Source of the DNA: Octopus bimaculoides
Taxonomy: Eukaryota
DNA length: 36,707 nt
NCBI RefSeq assembly: GCF_001194135.2
Contig: NC_068984.1
Location: 9,939,869-9,976,575, forward strand
Direction of reading: 5' to 3'
The notes under the pieces were generated by a model. That model was not told the origin of the DNA. It saw only the letters and a program-made list of their open reading frames with translations, and did no database searches. A program made the position numbers and the translations under genes. Positions 32,180 through 36,707 of the stretch are shown piece after piece (within the stretch, counting starts at the first letter, position 1; each line of letters begins with the position of its first letter).

Positions 32180-32803
32180 TTAAAAAATTATTTTATTTTT
32201 ATAATTACATCATAATATTAAGAATTCTATAAAATATTTTGTTAAAATAATTTGTGTATTGTAGAAATACAACTAGTTTATTTTACACATATTTTAACAA
32301 CTAAGTCTTATACGGAGCCCTAGGGGCCATATGGATCCCCGGATCCCAGTTGAGAGTAGAGGATAAAAGTCGTCGATGGCTTAAACCCTAAAGGGAATGA
32401 AGGCCTTAGGCAAACAAGCAATCAAACAAGCAAGCAAATAAGAGTTTTATAGACCCTTGGGGTGTTTTGGTTGAATCCTTGGACGTAAGGATCTGGTACA
32501 TAGCTGTAGTTGTACTTTTGATATAAGACATGAGTCACCATTAGTCTCTTTTAATTTCAATTCTTGTACTTCTTTATACATTTATCCTGGTCATTACTGC
32601 AGTTTCTTTTTGTAGATGCCCGGAATTGGTTTCGAATGGATGGAAATGTTCGTTATGTAGATATAAATCATATTTGAAATATCTGCTTTTATATCACATC
32701 TCCATTGAAATTAGTTGAAAAAGTATTTGCTTGTGGTAAAAAAAAAACTATTGAAATGATTTATTTGACAGAATAGGAAAAAAAAAAGACACAGATAATA
32801 AAA

Positions 32804-33163
32804 CAAGAGCACTCAGAGAGCGCAAACCTCCGACAAAGCAACACCAACGTCCTCTCAACGATTAGCCAGAGATGATCTTTAAAATGAGAATATCTGAAAT
32901 AAAGTCAACTGCTCTCATAAATGAGAATACTAAAAATGAACCCGACCGCTTTAAAAAATTTAGTAAAAATAATCCAGAATCCTTGTTCAGCACCAGATCG
33001 ATCCCAAAATCTAATCAGATCGTGTCGGTCACGAGGCCAAACATCCCTGAACGTTTCATCCGAATCCATCCAGCGGTTCTTGAGATATCTTGTCCACGGA
33101 CAAACAAACAAACAAACACAACTGAAAACAATGCTTCCGCCTTCGCAAAGGCGAAGTAATAAT
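32804..33163 (-). mobile_element. Full-length DINE-1/HINE-like (Helentron-associated) element
   Basis: On the minus strand: 5' hairpin/subTIR (cttcgcctttgcgaaggcggaag), (GTTT)n, core gatatctcaagaaccgctggatggatt, 3' subTIR tcggaggt and stem-loop gcgctctctgagtgc. Flanks are T-rich. Confidence 0.75.
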
Positions 33164-33260
33164 AATTTAGAAATACTGTAAAGCATAAAATCCCATGTAT
33201 GTGTATAACGGTACACAGACATATGTACTCTTGTATAAAAACACACATACACATGTATAT

Positions 33261-33690
33261 TCTTTTATTCCTTTATTTGTTTCAGCCATTTGACTGCGGC
33301 CATGCTGGAGCAACGCCTTTAGACGAACAAATCGACCCCAGAACTTATTCTTTGTAAGCCTAGTACTTATACTATCGGTCTCTTTTGCCGAACTGCTAAA
33401 TTTCAGGGATGTAAACACAGCAGCATCGGTTGTCAAGCGATGGTGGGATGACAAACACAGACACACAAATACACACATACACACACGCACACAGACACAC
33501 ACACACGCACACACACACACATACACACACGACGGACTTCTTTCAGTTTCCGTCTACCAAATCCTCTCACAAGGCTTTGGTAGACCCGAAACTGTAGTAG
33601 AAGACACTTGCCCAAGGTGCCACGCAGTGGGACTGAACCCGGAACCATGTGGTTGGGAAGCAAGTTTCTTGCCATGCAGCCACTCCTGCG

Positions 33691-33692
<2 letters not shown>
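33261..33692 (-). mobile_element. Full-length SINE family B with internal (CA)n
   Basis: Colinear reverse complement of 19560-20000. Confidence 0.92.

Positions 33693-33782
<90 letters not shown>
33693..33782. repeat. (TG)n microsatellite
   Basis: Read directly from the sequence. Confidence 0.98.
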
Positions 33783-33786
<4 letters not shown>

Positions 33787-33799
33787 CGTACGTATATAT

Positions 33800-33864
33800 A
33801 TTTTTTCTTTTATTTTGTTTACTTGTTTCAGTCATTTGACTGCGGCCATGCTGGAGCACCGCCT
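33800..33864 (-). mobile_element. SINE family B 3' tail
   Basis: tttacttgtttcagtcatttgactgcggccatgctggagcaccgcc. Confidence 0.85.
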
Positions 33865-34074
33865 ATATATTGTTTTTATGACAAATTTATATAAAAACAA
33901 TTTAACATCAAACTGAAGGATCATTCTACACATTTTTGTTGAGTACATCTTTATTAAAGTTCGAAGTCATAGTTAACCTTTTCCTTATATATGTATATGC
34001 ATTTATATATACATACATGCGTATATATAAATTCACAAAAACGCTGACACACACACACACAAGAGTACATTCTC

Positions 34075-34420
34075 TTATTTTGGCCATGCTGGGGCTCTGC
34101 TTTGCAGGGTTTAGTCGGACAAATCGACCCAGCGCTTATTTTTAAACGTTTTATATTATTCCTATCGGTCACATTTACCGAAACGTTAAGTTACGGAGAC
34201 GTAAGATAAATAGAATTGGTTGTCAAACTATAGAGAGGCAAACAGAAAGACACACGCGCGCGCACAAAGACACAAATGTAAAGGGATTCCACTCAGGTTC
34301 CGTTGACAAAAGTCCCTCACAAGTCATTGGTCAGTGGGACACTATAATAAAAGACAGCTACCCAAAGCGCCACGCAGCGCAAGTGAAGCCAAAATCACAG
34401 AGCTGCAAAATGAAATTTTA
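34075..34420 (-). mobile_element. Old degenerate SINE family B
   Basis: ggccatgctgggg, caaatcgaccc, taagttacggagacgtaa, ggttgtcaa and gccacgcag appear in family B order. Confidence 0.7.
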
Positions 34421-36507
34421 AAACATGGGGCCTGAGCTAAACACTAGAAGTGGAAATATAAAGCATTATATATTGATCTTACGTTATACAGGCTTCATGT
34501 TGATACCAAGCTCACACACTTGTATGTAGACTGATTCAGTTACTTGCCTAAGTGCTGCATCAAGGAGATGTGTAGCTATGATATCAACACTGGGTCAACT
34601 GACTGAGTCATAGTGTTTATGTAATGTGTTAAATAATTGAAGTATGTTGCTTTTCAGTAAATTTGTTACACAGCTCACTGGATCTGTTCTCTAATACTGC
34701 GACTTCTCTTTCATTTTTAAGTTTCAGAGAGGTTTGCACGTGGGACTTCTTGGCTCTTTATACAATGTACCATATTTCTCACAAGGCTGAATTTAAAGTA
34801 TCTTACGTTGACCCATTCAAAAGGTCAAATAACAACTAAGCCGGAGAGTCACCATATATCCGAATTTTCAAAATAGATAATTAATTAAATGAATAAATAA
34901 ATAGATAAATAAATAAATAAATAAACAGATGTAAAGAGAACTCACCCGAGACCAATAAAATCCGCTAATAACTCAATTTAAATATTTACAGTAGAAATAT
35001 AGCAATGACAAAGTCGTAGAAGTACGACAGAAATTTTGACTCCTCAAGAAATAAACGAATATTTAACAAATAGCTAAAATATGCATGCGCTAAAATTTAA
35101 TCAGTAAAACATTCTTATACGTAAACTTTTCTCTATAGGAAAACTTTTCAGTATTATGTTATTCTTTCTCTTTGTGTGTGTGCATGTGTGCATGTGTGTG
35201 TTTGTGAATAAATATGCACAGCTCTGGTGCGCGAGCACACACGCATGAACACAAACACACACACACAAACACAGATTTAGCAGTTTACGAAGCTCGCATT
35301 CATGGCTGTATGGTTAAGAAGCTCCTTGTGTATATATATNNNNNNNNNNNNNNNNNNNNNNNNNNNNNNNNNNNNNNNNNNNNNNNNNNNNNNNNNNNNN
35401 NNNNNNNNNNNNNNNNNNNNNNNNNNNNNNNNNNNNNNNNNNNNNNNNNNNNNNNNNNNNNNNNNNNNNNNNNNNNNNNNNNNNNNNNNNNNNNNNNNNN
35501 NNNNNNNNNNNNNNNNNNNNNNNNNNNNNNNNNNNNNNNNNNNNNNNNNNNNNNNNNNNNNNNNNNNNNNNNNNNNNNNNNNNNNNNNNNNNNNNNNNNN
35601 NNNNNNNNNNNNNNNNNNNNNNNNNNNNNNNNNNNNNNNNNNNNNNNNNNNNNNNNNNNNNNNNNNNNNNNNNNNNNNNNNNNNNNNNNNNNNNNNNNNN
35701 NNNNNNNNNNNNNNNNNNNNNNNNNNNNNNNNNNNNNNNNNNNNNNNNNNNNNNNNNNNNNNNNNNNNNNNNNNNNNNNNNNNNNNNNNNNNNNNNNNNN
35801 NNNNNNNNNNNNNNNNNNNNNNNNNNNNNNNNNNNNNNNNNNNNNNNNNNNNNNNNNNNNNNNNNNNNNNNNNNNNNNNNNNNNNNNNNNNNNNNNNNNN
35901 NNNNNNNNNNNNNNNNNNNNNNNNNNNNNNNNNNNNNNNNNNNNNNNNNNNNNNNNNNNNNNNNNNNNNNNNNNNNNNNNNNNNNNNNNNNNNNNNNNNN
36001 NNNNNNNNNNNNNNNNNNNNNNNNNNNNNNNNNNNNNNNNNNNNNNNNNNNNNNNNNNNNNNNNNNNNNNNNNNNNNNNNNNTATATATGTATATATATA
36101 TATATATTTGCTAATTTTCAGTTCAAGGACTGTGGCTATGTTGGGGCACAGCCATTTATTTTGCTACACTATCACGAAACTTCATCTGATGTGTGACATT
36201 TGGTGGATGAGGGAGTTTACGTCGCTGGTTTCATTTGTGTTTCTCGCCTTGAAGTAAGTTCATCACATATGCACGTACATATATATATATCAAATTATAA
36301 TTTAGGGTATCTAAGATACACCGCTACGCTGAAAATAGCAACCAAAGCTTGACTCTAAAACCACAATAAATGTTCATATAGCACCAGGAGAGAAGACGAA
36401 GAAACAAAATAAACAAGCAAAAATTATTGGATAATTCCAGATCCCGGATTTCTGGCTCTGCATAAGAAATGCTTTGCCTCATCAGTGGAATATACACAGA
36501 AAAGTAC

Positions 36508-36633
36508 ATGTGACAATTATTCGGTAGCCATGATAAAACTTCTGATGTCGCCAAACTGAAGAGATAGCGGCGTGGGTTTCCGCCCCGACATCCGAAACTT
36601 CGTTTTATCATGGCTACCGAATAATTGTTACAT
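36508..36633. mobile_element. Small fold-back element/MITE (32-bp arms, 1 mismatch)
   Basis: atgtgacaattattcggtagccatgataaaac pairs with gttttatcatggctaccgaataattgttacat, with an inner gatgtcg/cgacatc pair. Confidence 0.75.
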
Positions 36634-36707
36634 ATTATATTTACAGATAAATTCCACTATTTACATAATATCGAGGTCTCTTTCTTTCTTACCTTTTCTA
36701 TTAATAT

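Larger units (their letters stand above)
31640..32362. mobile_element. hAT/Charlie-type MITE hosting two piggyBac MITEs
   Basis: Left TIR cagtagttctcaac after atccagat; partial right TIR gttgaga at 32349-32355. Confidence 0.55.

Overview
AT-rich, microsatellite- and transposon-dense eukaryotic sequence with seven N-gaps (about 2.9 kb). It most likely comes from a short-read octopus/cephalopod assembly; this is inferred from the SINE families and repeat landscape and is not proven. No intact host gene is recognisable, and most ORF-track entries are microsatellite or gap artefacts. Supported content: (1) a 5'-truncated, frameshifted CR1-clade LINE (about 7572-10075, minus), interrupted by a 751-bp TIR DNA element carrying SAP-domain and SWIM-finger coding remnants (8263-9013); (2) a decayed near-full-length mariner (about 11267-12455, minus); (3) a Penelope-like RT fragment (28213-28659) and one or two Penelope-type hammerhead-ribozyme-like motifs; (4) two DINE-1/HINE-like Helentron derivatives; (5) Tigger/pogo-, hAT- and piggyBac-type MITEs, several of them nested; (6) more than 25 copies or fragments of three tRNA-SINE families (called A, B and C here); (7) several long hairpins, including a fold-back palindrome built from SINE tails. 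A few weak candidate exons are flagged as unproven.
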